A stretch of 37,853 nt of DNA, taken from positions 1 to 37,853 of the IMG/VR virus record IMGVR_UViG_3300040815_000349; one strand, written 5' to 3'. Origin of the DNA: a virus. Lineage: Duplodnaviria > Caudoviricetes. The notes under the pieces are model-generated. The model was given only the letters and a program-made list of their open reading frames with translations. It searched no databases and was not told the DNA's origin. Made by a program: the position numbers and the translations under genes. Within the stretch, counting starts at the first letter, position 1; each line of letters opens with the position of its first letter. This document shows positions 17,265 through 26,740 of the stretch, piece by piece.

Positions 17265-17946
17265 TGTAAATCTCCATAAACTTTGGCATCAATTGTCCGA
17301 TGATTATAGCACACTCTTCAGCGATTTGTCTATGCTCTTTTTGTGTTGATTCATCAGTCCGTACTTCGATGTAATGTAACCAAGAGCGAACAGTTCCATG
17401 CATCATCAACACTGATTCGGTTAGGCCTTCAGGCAACACACTCCTTGCAACCTCCTTGGCCATACCATTCTTTGTTGCCCAGGCATAGGCTTCTGTTGCT
17501 GCCTTGCGAACATTCAACTGGTAGTGCTGCCAAGTAAGATCAAGGAAATCATCTTCAACTTCGATACTATTCTGGCGGTTGTTAGGGTCTTGAAGCCTCA
17601 CCTCACGGTGAACAAAGTTCAAGTCTTGGGTAGGGTCCGCATACCGCTGCGAATATTCTTGAAAGCTGAAGCTTCGGTGCCGTAGTATCTGACGGGCAAT
17701 ATCCCTAGTAGTCTTGATCTCAATACCAACACTAGCCATTTCAAAGGGCGACCAGTGCTTATGTTTCATCAAATACTTAATAAGCCTAGGAGCGGTTTTG
17801 CTGTTGTTCTGGTTGCTTGGGTTGCTGACTCGGGCACAGTAGGCAACGAGGTCCTCGATGCTGCTTGCGGCCTCGTCGGGCCTAATGCTGTGGCAAATCA
17901 GTTTAGTGTGTTTCAGCCCAGTTGTTTCCAATCTTGTATTCTCCAT
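17251..17946 (-). CDS. thyX: Flavin-dependent thymidylate synthase
   Basis: HWSPFE and the RHRSFSFQEYSQR signature; exact start uncertain because it overlaps polA. Confidence 0.95.
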   Translation of the reverse strand: MENTRLETTGLKHTKLICHSIRPDEAASSIEDLVAYCARVSNPSNQNNSKTAPRLIKYLMKHKHWSPFEMASVGIEIKTTRDIARQILRHRSFSFQEYSQRYADPTQDLNFVHREVRLQDPNNRQNSIEVEDDFLDLTWQHYQLNVRKAATEAYAWATKNGMAKEVARSVLPEGLTESVLMMHGTVRSWLHYIEVRTDESTQKEHRQIAEECAIIIGQLMPKFMEIYNEQG

Positions 17947-19657
17947 CTAGTTCACACCGTAGTTTAAGGACAGTGCCTGCCTCTCGGATGGCTTCAACAC
18001 CAAGCTGACCTACCTGTTCTGCAATATCTTCTTTGACTTCAAGCTGCCATTCATCATGAATATTACAGACAAACTTGGCATCAAGAAACTTAAGCTTGCG
18101 TTCGAACAGGACCAGGGCCTGCTTCATAACGATGGCTCCGGCACCCTGTAACAGAGTGTTAAGGGCAGCATGCTCAGAGCGAATAAAAAGCTTACGGCCA
18201 TCTAGCCCCTTGACCCATCCCTTTGTTGACGCTCGTCCAACTCTATCTTTAAGAGTCTTAAATGATGGGAGATTATCGAAGAAACGTTGTCGAAGTTCTT
18301 TGCCGCTGTCTGCGTTTCCTCCAACCACGCTTCCAAGCTTTGCATCTCCTGCTCCGTATAGGAGTGCATAGATGAAAGTCTTTGCCTGATTTCTTGATTC
18401 AAGTCCAGCAGCTCTTTGGTTAGCTGTGTGTACGTCGCCGTTGAGAATTTCATAGGTGAATGCCTCGTCATCCATATAGTGGGCCAACATCCGCAGCTCA
18501 AGGCCAGAGGCGTCAATACCCACTAGCTTGTAGCCGTCAGCAACCGTCCAACAAGCACGGCACTCGTGGCCATAAGGGCTGTTAGTGCTAGGTACTTGTG
18601 CCATATTGGGATTGCTATGTGTCATGCGTCCTGTAATTGTACCATTGGCATTGACATAGCCCCGAACCCTATCATCGTCCTGTACTTCCTTGAGCCAGGA
18701 GTTAACTTGTGCTAGGCGCTTCTGAAGCATCAAGTAACGAGCAATCACTTTGGCTTCTGGGATGTTGTCAATCTTACTTAGGGTTGTCTCGTCAACGATG
18801 GGCTGGTTGGTTGGCGTGAACTTCTTAGGCTTCCAACCAAACTCAATCAAGTATTCGCCAATCTGTTTACGAGAACCTAGGTTAAAGGGAATCGAATCAC
18901 AGCGTACAAAAGATTTGTCAGGGTTGGCACACGCCTTATCATACTCTTCATCAGAGAGGCGCACCTTCTTGGTTCCGCCAACAACCTGAGCCATCTTCGA
19001 AACCTTACCGGCCTTAGTCAGGACAGGTTCCAATTCAATGGATGCGTCCTTCGGCGTGAAGGTTTTGTGTACTTCATTTTCTGCCGCAGCCAACTCATCA
19101 TTCAATTGTGCAACAAGGCAAGTAGCATGTTTGATATCCAACAAGAAACCGTTGTCCCGCTGTTGATTAATGATGCGATAAGTATCGTGTTCAAGATCAA
19201 TTGATTCGCGGCTAAAGCCTTTGACTTCCATCTTCAGATGATTGAAAAGTCGGAGGTTCAATTGTACATCTTGCTCACAATACTTAAGCATCTCAGGGGT
19301 GAATCTATCGAACTCATTGTGTTCAATTTTATGGGACTTGAGGCGATAACCCCAAGACTCAAGGCCGTGTCCGCCTTCACGAACCGGATTAAAAAGTCGG
19401 CTAAGAACAAGGGTATCAATCACTCGGCGGCCTACGCTCAAGTCAATGCCGTGCAGTCTCTTGATAACCGGAATGTCATAGCCGATGATATTGTGGCCAA
19501 CAATCTTGTCAGCCGTCTTCAAATATTCGATACCTTCTGCAATCTTGTCGGGACCAAAAGAGCTAATCTCATTGGTGCGGCTATCGATACCAACGATGCA
19601 CCAAATCTTAGTAGCATCAATGGCGTCTGCTTCAATATCGAATACAATAGTTGTCAT
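17903..19657 (-). CDS. polA: Family A DNA polymerase with 3'-5' exonuclease (T7 gp5-like)
   Basis: FDIEA, GHNIIGYD, DASGLELR (motif A), RNQAKTFIYALLYG (motif B, Tyr at the 762-equivalent position), NIHDE (motif C). Confidence 0.95.
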   Translation of the reverse strand: MTTIVFDIEADAIDATKIWCIVGIDSRTNEISSFGPDKIAEGIEYLKTADKIVGHNIIGYDIPVIKRLHGIDLSVGRRVIDTLVLSRLFNPVREGGHGLESWGYRLKSHKIEHNEFDRFTPEMLKYCEQDVQLNLRLFNHLKMEVKGFSRESIDLEHDTYRIINQQRDNGFLLDIKHATCLVAQLNDELAAAENEVHKTFTPKDASIELEPVLTKAGKVSKMAQVVGGTKKVRLSDEEYDKACANPDKSFVRCDSIPFNLGSRKQIGEYLIEFGWKPKKFTPTNQPIVDETTLSKIDNIPEAKVIARYLMLQKRLAQVNSWLKEVQDDDRVRGYVNANGTITGRMTHSNPNMAQVPSTNSPYGHECRACWTVADGYKLVGIDASGLELRMLAHYMDDEAFTYEILNGDVHTANQRAAGLESRNQAKTFIYALLYGAGDAKLGSVVGGNADSGKELRQRFFDNLPSFKTLKDRVGRASTKGWVKGLDGRKLFIRSEHAALNTLLQGAGAIVMKQALVLFERKLKFLDAKFVCNIHDEWQLEVKEDIAEQVGQLGVEAIREAGTVLKLRCELDGEYKIGNNWAETH

Positions 19658-21315
19658 AGCTCTACCTCAAAATGTTCTTCGGCAGACTCAATGTCTACCT
19701 CACCTAGTCTACCTGTTTCTTGATCATAACGCAAGTGGGTAGCTAGTCCAACATCCCCGGTGTATCGGGACTTCAACACCCGTACCTTAGTAGTTGAAGC
19801 CTCAATGGGGTCTTCGGATTGTTGATTACGCTCAAGGCTGATCACGCAATCCGACAACTGTGCAATGGATTGCGAACCACGCAGGTGGCTAAGCCCTGTC
19901 TCAATGCCATTCTCGTGGCCACGGTTACCGTCAATGCGGCGAAGGTGGGACACAAGGATCATGCCGCAACCAGTCTCTTCAACAAGGGTCCGCAGCCGAT
20001 GCATGATGTTATCAATGGCACGGCGCTCATCGTTCTCTGGCGTTGATAGGACCAGCATGTGAAGGTGATCAACAACAATCCAGCGGCAGTCACAGCCAAT
20101 GGCCATGAAGCGAAGCTTGCTGAAGATACTATCAAGGTCGTTCATGCCGTGGTGTGAATGGACCCACACCCGATTGGCATTCTCACCTGCAAAAATATTA
20201 CCGTAGAATTCACCCAACTGATCTTGAGAGAATTGCTCTCGCACCCTGTCAATATGGAGGCGGGCGTTAGCCTCAATGGAAACAATTCCATCAATGGTGC
20301 GGCGCCAGTCTTCTTCCAAGGCGATAACGCCCACATTATCTTTGGTGTTTTTGACCAACCAGTGTTCAATCTCACGGGTGACGCTGGACTTACCAAGCCC
20401 CGTGCCGCCCGTCAGAGTTACCAACTCACCCTGGCGCAGCCCTTCAAGCTTATCATTGAGGCCTTGCCACGGATAAGGAATAGACGGCTTGCGCTGTCGA
20501 TTAATGTAGTTGTCAAAGTTCTCACTGACATTGATAACGCCAGAAGGGGTATAGAGTTTAGCGCCCCACCAAGCATTCATAAAGGCTTGGCTCTGGCCCT
20601 TGCGCAGCATGTCGTTAGCATCTTTGTAGTCTTCAGGCAACGAAACAATTCGCGCCTTCCCAGGCTTCAAGATTCTAGCAACCTTTCGGGCTGCCTCACG
20701 GCCCGGCTTGTCGTTATCAAAACAAACTACGATGTTGTCAAAGGATTCCAAAAACTCTAGAGCTTCTTTGACATCCCGGTCAGCCGCTTGGGCACCGTTC
20801 TTAACAGAAACAACGGGCCACCTAGACCCCATCAATTCATAGGCCGCCATTGCATCACACTCGCCTTCAACAACCGTGATGTATTTGCCGCCCTGCTGAA
20901 ATGCCTGGGAACCAAACAACCCCGTGCCTCGGGGACTACCGTTCCAAATAAAACTTTTGTCGGCTGTCTTGCGAACCTTATGGCTCACGGCCTCGTTGTT
21001 AGCGTAGTAAGGATAGCTATGCTCAACGATCTTGCCGCCTGAATCTTTGACAGACCGAACACCATATTTCTTTGCCGTTTCTAAAGAAATGCCCCGATCA
21101 CTCAGGGCATAAAACTCACCAGCGGTTGAGTCATTCATCTTGTTTCTCTGATAAGTAGAGAAGTCAGTCACGTTTTCTTCACCTCGTATGGCGGCTTCAT
21201 AATCCTTCATGAATTCGCCGCATGAAAAACACTTGGCCGACCCATCATCGTTTACTGCAACCGGATCGTGACCACCACACTTCGGACAAGCAACATGAGT
21301 CTTGACAAAAGGCAA
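19654..21315 (-). CDS. Primase-helicase (T7 gp4-like)
   Basis: CPKC/CFSC zinc finger, TOPRIM EGECD/FDND, Walker A GGTGLGKS, VDHL, LRGSQSIAQLSD. Confidence 0.95.
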   Translation of the reverse strand: MPFVKTHVACPKCGGHDPVAVNDDGSAKCFSCGEFMKDYEAAIRGEENVTDFSTYQRNKMNDSTAGEFYALSDRGISLETAKKYGVRSVKDSGGKIVEHSYPYYANNEAVSHKVRKTADKSFIWNGSPRGTGLFGSQAFQQGGKYITVVEGECDAMAAYELMGSRWPVVSVKNGAQAADRDVKEALEFLESFDNIVVCFDNDKPGREAARKVARILKPGKARIVSLPEDYKDANDMLRKGQSQAFMNAWWGAKLYTPSGVINVSENFDNYINRQRKPSIPYPWQGLNDKLEGLRQGELVTLTGGTGLGKSSVTREIEHWLVKNTKDNVGVIALEEDWRRTIDGIVSIEANARLHIDRVREQFSQDQLGEFYGNIFAGENANRVWVHSHHGMNDLDSIFSKLRFMAIGCDCRWIVVDHLHMLVLSTPENDERRAIDNIMHRLRTLVEETGCGMILVSHLRRIDGNRGHENGIETGLSHLRGSQSIAQLSDCVISLERNQQSEDPIEASTTKVRVLKSRYTGDVGLATHLRYDQETGRLGEVDIESAEEHFEVEL

Positions 21316-21320
21316 AGGTA

Positions 21321-21542
21321 TTACTCCTCTGGTTGTGCCTCTTCGGTTAATGCTTCATCAGTTAGATACTCTTGAACCTTGGAATGCAGCGCAAGAACTG
21401 CTGCTTGCCGTAGGGTCAGGGTATCTTGAACAACGTTGAAGTCTTGCTGGGCGATGGCCAACAGGCGAAATGCCTGCTGACCTTCGGCAGAAAACTTATC
21501 AACGTCATAGGCTTTATCATCGACATGATAAGTGTTGCTCAT
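21321..21542 (-). CDS. Hypothetical protein
   Basis: 73 aa; TAATG overlap. Confidence 0.7.
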   Translation of the reverse strand: MSNTYHVDDKAYDVDKFSAEGQQAFRLLAIAQQDFNVVQDTLTLRQAAVLALHSKVQEYLTDEALTEEAQPEE

Positions 21543-21970
21543 TAAAGTTCTTCCTCTTCTGCTTCGACGTCAAAAGCGCTAGCGGCTGAGCTAGCTCCAT
21601 TATACTCTACAAGATCGATAACCTGCATGGCCTGAAAGTCTAGACCCTTAAAGGTTTGTCCTTTCCATGTGGTTTCCCATTCTTTGCAGAGAACCTTAAC
21701 CCGAGAACCATTACCTACCTCAACGTTCATGGGCTTCTTGTAACGATCAACAAGCTCAGGTGCTGAATTGATTTCACCATTAGACTTATTGACCTTACGC
21801 TTAATGACAAGGGCCGTCCCCTCGTCCATTTCTTTTACCGGAAACCCACGGGACTTAAAGTCTTCCGCAAGGTCCGGGGTAACAACAAGATTCACAGAAT
21901 AGCAGGGCGTGAATCGGGTGTTGGGGGTGGTGACAAAGGACCAGTAAGCGTAACCTTCAATAACTGCCAT
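21542..21970 (-). CDS. Single-stranded DNA-binding protein (T7 gp2.5-like)
   Basis: VGNGSRVKV, AMQVIDLVEY, acidic tail; adjacent to the primase-helicase. Confidence 0.8.
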   Translation of the reverse strand: MAVIEGYAYWSFVTTPNTRFTPCYSVNLVVTPDLAEDFKSRGFPVKEMDEGTALVIKRKVNKSNGEINSAPELVDRYKKPMNVEVGNGSRVKVLCKEWETTWKGQTFKGLDFQAMQVIDLVEYNGASSAASAFDVEAEEEEL

Positions 21971-21975
21971 AACAT

Positions 21976-22194
21976 TTACCTCGTATAAAGATGATCAATA
22001 AACAAAGGAATCTGAGCAAGAACAAAATCTTCTGTTACTGCCATTCCCGACTTGCTCGACTGCATTTTACACCAACTCGTGAACCGTGTCAACACCTCCT
22101 CGCTTGGTCGCTGCACACCTAGCATCATAACGAAAGCCCGTGTGAAAATATCATCAATGATCTCTTCAGTTGTTAAGCCTTCGTAGTCGTTCAT
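21976..22194 (-). CDS. Hypothetical protein
   Basis: 72 aa; TAATG overlap. Confidence 0.65.
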   Translation of the reverse strand: MNDYEGLTTEEIIDDIFTRAFVMMLGVQRPSEEVLTRFTSWCKMQSSKSGMAVTEDFVLAQIPLFIDHLYTR

Positions 22195-22448
22195 TAGTCC
22201 ATACTCATGGTAGATGACAACAGGATATTCATCTTAGCTGTGTCCAACATAAAGTTGAATTCATCAACAGTCATATCAGATGCAATGTATACGTTGTTGT
22301 CTACTTCGGTTATAAGTATAAAGCCTGTGTTAGCTTCAGGGTCTTCGGCTGCACCTTCTAAGTTTTCTAAACACTCATGAATCTTTTCAATCAAGGGCCG
22401 CTTGGCCGGTTCATCTTTCTTACCAAAACTACCTTCAATGATTTGCAT
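22194..22448 (-). CDS. Hypothetical protein
   Basis: 84 aa; TAATG overlaps. Confidence 0.65.
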   Translation of the reverse strand: MQIIEGSFGKKDEPAKRPLIEKIHECLENLEGAAEDPEANTGFILITEVDNNVYIASDMTVDEFNFMLDTAKMNILLSSTMSMD

Positions 22449-22705
22449 TAATTTCCCGCCTTGAATTCTCGCATGGTTAGTAGCCGAATAGCTTTAGCTT
22501 CTTCGGGGTTTGTAATCTGTTTGAAGATGTTGTGTGCATCGTACATTTCTTTAAAGGTTCCTGAAGCTAAGACAACTGGCTTAGTAAAGGCTCCAACATC
22601 TTTGATGTTAGCTGCAACCACCCAGGTATCTCCCAGCCCCTTCACAATCTCTAAAGATTCGTTGATAAAGTCCACTGTCTTTTGGAGAATGTCCGTTGCT
22701 CTCAT
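22448..22705 (-). CDS. Hypothetical protein
   Basis: 85 aa; TAATG overlaps and GGAGG RBS. Confidence 0.65.
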   Translation of the reverse strand: MRATDILQKTVDFINESLEIVKGLGDTWVVAANIKDVGAFTKPVVLASGTFKEMYDAHNIFKQITNPEEAKAIRLLTMREFKAGN

Positions 22706-23019
22706 TATCGGTCGCCTCCTGAGCCGAGTAAAACTCCACGCATCTTCCGGTCTTGGAGTTTTTTGAGATTGATTTCTGCGACTTCTGAAAGGTTGATGCC
22801 GTTACGCCGGAGTAACACAGCCAAGTTCCAGAGGACATCCCCGGCTTCGGAGACAACCTTGGTTCTGAAGTCAGGCTGAGTGCTATCACCACGCAGCATA
22901 GGTTTAACAAACAAGTCTGCAAGTTCTGCGGCCTCCACCATCAAGGATGCAATGGGATAAAAATCATTCTTGAAGATTGCAGTTTCAACTGCTTGGTCTT
23001 GATAGCTGTCGATGTTCAT
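22705..23019 (-). CDS. MazG-like nucleoside triphosphate pyrophosphohydrolase
   Basis: EAAE...EAGDVLWN...NLKKLQDRKMRG...GSGGDR. Confidence 0.85.
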   Translation of the reverse strand: MNIDSYQDQAVETAIFKNDFYPIASLMVEAAELADLFVKPMLRGDSTQPDFRTKVVSEAGDVLWNLAVLLRRNGINLSEVAEINLKKLQDRKMRGVLLGSGGDR

Positions 23020-23186
23020 TTCTTGTCCACTACTTCAATAACAACATCAATCTTTTTTCCAAGCTCATAAAAAGTACAGCCTCCGAAAGGCGAGCCATCT
23101 ATATACAACCAATCAGTAATATCATCCATAGTCCCTACGCAGAAGTCTTCATCTTCGGTTATTACTACATAGGTTTTATCACTCAT
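23016..23186 (-). CDS. 56-aa hypothetical protein (not in the ORF track)
   Basis: MSDKTYVVITEDEDFCVG...VVDKK; ATGA overlaps at both ends. Confidence 0.65.
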   Translation of the reverse strand: MSDKTYVVITEDEDFCVGTMDDITDWLYIDGSPFGGCTFYELGKKIDVVIEVVDKK

Positions 23187-23488
23187 TCTTCACTCTCCTG
23201 ATAGAAGTCAATCAACATATCAATGTAGTGCCGTGCTTTCTTCAGGTCTTGAATACCCCCCTTGTCCTTGTAACGTGTTACATACTTTACCACATTTGCT
23301 TGGCAGGCGTCAAGGCCATTGATCATAGCATACTCAATAGGCTGTATTGCATGTTTCTTGTAGTGATCACCGCCTTCCTGGGTGATAAGACTTTTGAAAC
23401 CACGCGCTGCCATATCTTCTGCCCTGCTCTTTGCTGCCATGTCGCTCCATTCCTGCGGCGTAATGTCATTAATCTTTCGGTGGGGCAT
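23183..23488 (-). CDS. DUF3310 / T7 gp1.7-like putative nucleotide kinase
   Basis: QEGGDHY...IQPIEY...NVVKYVTRYKDKGGIQDLKKARHY. Confidence 0.85.
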   Translation of the reverse strand: MPHRKINDITPQEWSDMAAKSRAEDMAARGFKSLITQEGGDHYKKHAIQPIEYAMINGLDACQANVVKYVTRYKDKGGIQDLKKARHYIDMLIDFYQESEE

Positions 23489-23573
23489 TGCGTCCTCCTT
23501 CTAACCAGTTTAATAGGGCCCGTCCAGTGACCAACATGATAACAAACAATACAAACCAAATCAAGTAGAGCAT
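23469..23573 (-). CDS. 34-aa single-pass membrane peptide
   Basis: MLYLIWFVLFVIMLVTGRALLNWLEGG...; fills the gap between neighbours. Confidence 0.45.
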   Translation of the reverse strand: MLYLIWFVLFVIMLVTGRALLNWLEGGRNAPPKD

Positions 23574-23577
23574 GGTA

Positions 23578-23919
23578 CTAAGCTTCAAGCCAATCGATTT
23601 CATGCATGATTTCAATGTATTCAGCGCCATCATATTCATGAATCCTAAACTTTGTTCCTTCAGGTACCCACTCAACAACAAGGTCTTCGATGCCTCCGGT
23701 GTTGAAGTCTTTACCGTACTTGTCCTTGAGGTGATGTTTAATTACTTTTTGCTTTTCCGGGTTTTGGTACCACCTAGGTTTACTAACTATCTCAATTACA
23801 AAAGGATCGAAGACACATGAAGGATGTTTTTCATTATAGGTTAAATACCCTGAACCGTGGTAGAGACTAACCAACACAGCAACATTACCTTCATCGTCTA
23901 ACACCTTTTGTTCAATCAT
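23578..23919 (-). CDS. Phage hypothetical protein
   Basis: 113 aa; VEWVPEGTKFRIHEYDGAE. Confidence 0.7.
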   Translation of the reverse strand: MIEQKVLDDEGNVAVLVSLYHGSGYLTYNEKHPSCVFDPFVIEIVSKPRWYQNPEKQKVIKHHLKDKYGKDFNTGGIEDLVVEWVPEGTKFRIHEYDGAEYIEIMHEIDWLEA

Positions 23920-24133
23920 CTTTGATCTCTTGGTCGGGTGCTGAGTAGTGATTATGAATTACATAGGCTGCGGCGATTAGTTGCGATAAGCATAAATCAT
24001 TATAAGTAAGATTAGAAGTACTGAAAGCACCCAGCCTGCTCCCTCGGATATCATCAAGATTATAGTTGATAATGTTTTTCATTTCTTTACGAACGATTTC
24101 TTCAATACATTCATCAGATATTTCGATTTTCAT
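23912..24133 (-). CDS. Hypothetical protein
   Basis: GGAG RBS before ATG at 24133. Confidence 0.55.
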   Translation of the reverse strand: MKIEISDECIEEIVRKEMKNIINYNLDDIRGSRLGAFSTSNLTYNDLCLSQLIAAAYVIHNHYSAPDQEIKDD

Positions 24134-24314
24134 AAGAGTCTCCAAAGAATTCAATGTATTCTTTTTTCTCAAGCCAACACCGCTTCATGATATCGCCACG
24201 CTGTCGGTCTGTCAAGCGCCGCCAACCAGCGATCTCATCTACATATCTATAACAACCTTTACATTTTCTGGTTACTTTATCTAACTCGCAGACTCCAATG
24301 CAATTGGTTTCCAT
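24114..24314 (-). CDS. DUF1289 family Cys-rich protein
   Basis: CIGVCELD...CKGCYR..DEI..W..LTD..R. Confidence 0.75.
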   Translation of the reverse strand: METNCIGVCELDKVTRKCKGCYRYVDEIAGWRRLTDRQRGDIMKRCWLEKKEYIEFFGDSYENRNI

Positions 24315-24763
24315 GTCATAGGCCTCCCGGCTTTAGTCCACTCCTCATTCTTTAAAGCATAGTATTGTTTATAAGCAGCTACGCTGTCGCCCGGAACCTT
24401 ACAGTCATCGGGCATGCACTGCGGCGGCTCAACGAAACCACAGTCTAGCAGGCCCTGTGGCGGCCTGTCAAGGGTGAAAGCACAGGTACCAAAGCTCTTG
24501 TGTACCTTGTTGTAACGGGCCTTGTATTCACCACACAGGCCGATGAAATGTTGGTACAACCAGTCATAATGCTTTGTACTTTGACGGGCCCACACAGCAC
24601 TAGGGTGATTCTTGTGTGTTGATTTGTAGGGCGCAGTAGACCCAAGCTCATGGTGGGCGGTCGATAAAAGCTGCGCACTTTCAAGAATCATCTTAACTAC
24701 ATGCCGATCACACTGAAGTGTTGCGGCTTCGAAAGGATCAGAGTCTAGATAGAATATATTCAT
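24281..24763 (-). CDS. Pyrimidine-dimer DNA glycosylase (DenV-related) family protein
   Basis: MNIFYLD...CDRHVVKMILESAQLLSTAH...HKNHPSAVW...PPQCMPD. Confidence 0.8.
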   Translation of the reverse strand: MNIFYLDSDPFEAATLQCDRHVVKMILESAQLLSTAHHELGSTAPYKSTHKNHPSAVWARQSTKHYDWLYQHFIGLCGEYKARYNKVHKSFGTCAFTLDRPPQGLLDCGFVEPPQCMPDDCKVPGDSVAAYKQYYALKNEEWTKAGRPMTWKPIALESAS

Positions 24764-24936
24764 GGTGAAGCCAACCTCCCGGCGTTAAGGATTGCAAACC
24801 AACAAGCATCCTGGGCTTCTTTGAATTTTTTTTCTTCGATCAGGCCATAGGCCTCAGACAAACCATCAATGGCGATGTTGTAACGGGCAGTGAGGTTTTG
24901 GATTATGGCTTCGTATTCTTCAGGAGTTTTGTTCAT
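24760..24936 (-). CDS. Hypothetical protein
   Basis: GGAG RBS; ATGA overlap with the next gene. Confidence 0.55.
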   Translation of the reverse strand: MNKTPEEYEAIIQNLTARYNIAIDGLSEAYGLIEEKKFKEAQDACWFAILNAGRLASP

Positions 24937-25105
24937 CACTGTTCTCCGTAGCATCAAGCCCTAACTGAATAGCCCGCAACACGCCCAAGCTAAGGAAAGC
25001 CTGCGCTGCTTTGCTGTCCATGTCAAGGACAAGAGTGGCGCTGCCGTCTTCGTTCTCTACTACTTCTACCACTTCGACATTAAACTGTTCATTCTGAGTA
25101 TTCAT
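24920..25105 (-). CDS. Hypothetical protein
   Basis: VEVVENEDGSATLVLDMD; start uncertain. Confidence 0.6.
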   Translation of the reverse strand: MNTQNEQFNVEVVEVVENEDGSATLVLDMDSKAAQAFLSLGVLRAIQLGLDATENSDEQNS

Positions 25106-25391
25106 ATGCATGCTTCCATTCGTCGTGAAGTTCTTTGTAAACAACCAAAAGGTCTAACACATTGAAGTCTACATAAAGACAATTGATTGGCCTAATGGTA
25201 AACCCATCATCGTCAAACATTTCAGAGTGTGCAATCTCAGCAATGCCACTATCGCTGTCAGTGTAAAGACAAGAACAAGAGTCTTCAGAGTAGCGCCAGT
25301 CTGGGTCTTCCATGCTCTCCGCCCAGGCCATAAGCGCCTGCTTTGATTTAAAACCGTAGCGTGTCAGCAAGTCTTGGGTAATTTCTTCCAT
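25089..25391 (-). CDS. Hypothetical protein
   Basis: 100 aa; GGGAG upstream. Confidence 0.6.
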   Translation of the reverse strand: MEEITQDLLTRYGFKSKQALMAWAESMEDPDWRYSEDSCSCLYTDSDSGIAEIAHSEMFDDDGFTIRPINCLYVDFNVLDLLVVYKELHDEWKHAYEYSE

Positions 25392-25597
25392 CGCTCTTCT
25401 CCCGTTGCTAGATAAGAAATATCTGACCTCAACATCTCAAAAAAGATAGACAAAGCTTTTCTTTGTGTCCATCAAGACCCCTTAACGGGGATAACGAACC
25501 CTAAAGGATTCCTTACAAGTTGCACTTTTCTGCGCATAGTTTGCGGTGATTGACACATTTTTCTGCGCATAAAATCGAAGGCTTGTATATTATACAC

Positions 25598-25957
25598 TCA
25601 ATGATCAAGATGATTTGTTATAAAGGTATTAATTTTAGCAGGACTCTTTTTCCAATGGCGTCCTCTTTTTGCTTTCCATTTTCCACTGGCCGGAGCATAA
25701 TACATCCAGCCTTTTAAAAGATAAATGCCAGGAGAATGTTCTTCGTAAGGAATACCCCGCTCAGTAAAAGCTATCTCAGCTTCGACTGCTTTTATTCTGT
25801 TGTCGCGAGGACCATTATAAAAAATATAAAGTGAGTCAGATTCTGCGCATTCTTTTTTCCATGCTTCCAACTTTATTTCATATCTTTTTATTTCTTCCTT
25901 AAGTCTTTCTTTAAGCTCGTCAAGTTTAGACACCGAACCTTCCTCAAAAGTTAACAA
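25598..25957 (-). CDS. AT-rich hypothetical protein
   Basis: 119 aa with coiled-coil N-terminus and basic/aromatic C-terminus. Confidence 0.6.
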   Translation of the reverse strand: MLTFEEGSVSKLDELKERLKEEIKRYEIKLEAWKKECAESDSLYIFYNGPRDNRIKAVEAEIAFTERGIPYEEHSPGIYLLKGWMYYAPASGKWKAKRGRHWKKSPAKINTFITNHLDH

Positions 25958-26180
25958 CCCTATGATTCAAGATAACCCTAACAGTAATTGAAAAATCTTC
26001 AGCATATGCATAGGCCGCTGCCATTTGCTCCGCAGTTAACAACACCCGTTCACGAAAGTCATTGTCATAGGCGCCGTCATTCCAGAAAGGAATCCTAAGT
26101 GCCGGTGCCTCTGTATGGTCTACAAAGATTTGAATCTCTGCATCGTTCTCAAAAGAATCAGTGTGAGTTAAAGGATTCAT
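25944..26180 (-). CDS. Hypothetical protein
   Basis: 78 aa; TAATG overlap and GGAG RBS. Confidence 0.6.
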   Translation of the reverse strand: MNPLTHTDSFENDAEIQIFVDHTEAPALRIPFWNDGAYDNDFRERVLLTAEQMAAAYAYAEDFSITVRVILNHRVVNF

Positions 26181-26368
26181 TAGGCATCTCCTGGGTAGAT
26201 GGTCGGGCTTTCAATATACTTCCAAGATGCGGCACACTCAGGACATAACTTCCAACGCTCGTGGTCGGGATGATCCCTTGGCGGGTCCAACATTTCATTA
26301 TAGTCTTGATGGCATTCAAAACATTTGTAGTATTGAGCATCAGTTATCAATCGATAGCGGCCTCTCAT
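26180..26368 (-). CDS. Small zinc-ribbon protein
   Basis: CFEC...CPEC. Confidence 0.55.
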   Translation of the reverse strand: MRGRYRLITDAQYYKCFECHQDYNEMLDPPRDHPDHERWKLCPECAASWKYIESPTIYPGDA

Positions 26369-26541
26369 GAGACCGCCGCAAATGCTTTATCGATGATCTG
26401 GTCCCGACGCTTTGGAGAAACCCCAAGGTTTACAAGACCAAATGCAAGCCCCATCCAATCAGGGTGCTTACGACAATAAACGTGAGTCCACACCAAGTCT
26501 TCAACAATTTCATCGACATTAAAACGGGGGGTCTTGTTCAT
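26365..26541 (-). CDS. Hypothetical protein
   Basis: GGAGA RBS before ATG at 26541. Confidence 0.55.
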   Translation of the reverse strand: MNKTPRFNVDEIVEDLVWTHVYCRKHPDWMGLAFGLVNLGVSPKRRDQIIDKAFAAVS

Positions 26542-26740
26542 CGTAAGTCTCCATATTTTCTGCAACATCACGAAGGAAATCAGACAACTGAAGCAGCGAC
26601 CGCTTGTCATAAAGGGGGCGGTCCCCCTGGAAGTTTAAGTAAGCGTTGCGGTCGATAGCCACCCTAATGGTAGGCATTGAAGAATCTTCCGCAACATACA
26701 AAGTGTAAGGGAACTCTTGGTCTATTGCGTAATGTTTCAT
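26519..26740 (-). CDS. Hypothetical protein
   Basis: 73 aa; TAATG overlap. Confidence 0.6.
   Translation of the reverse strand: MKHYAIDQEFPYTLYVAEDSSMPTIRVAIDRNAYLNFQGDRPLYDKRSLLQLSDFLRDVAENMETYDEQDPPF

Noticed and set aside
13004-21315. Inteins or introns in the reductase, PolA or helicase
   Set aside because: ORFs are uninterrupted and of ordinary length, with no splice-junction or LAGLIDADG motifs seen.
25550-25575. + strand TTGACA...TAAAAT promoter
   Set aside because: The spacer is only 14 nt and it points antisense to the early genes.
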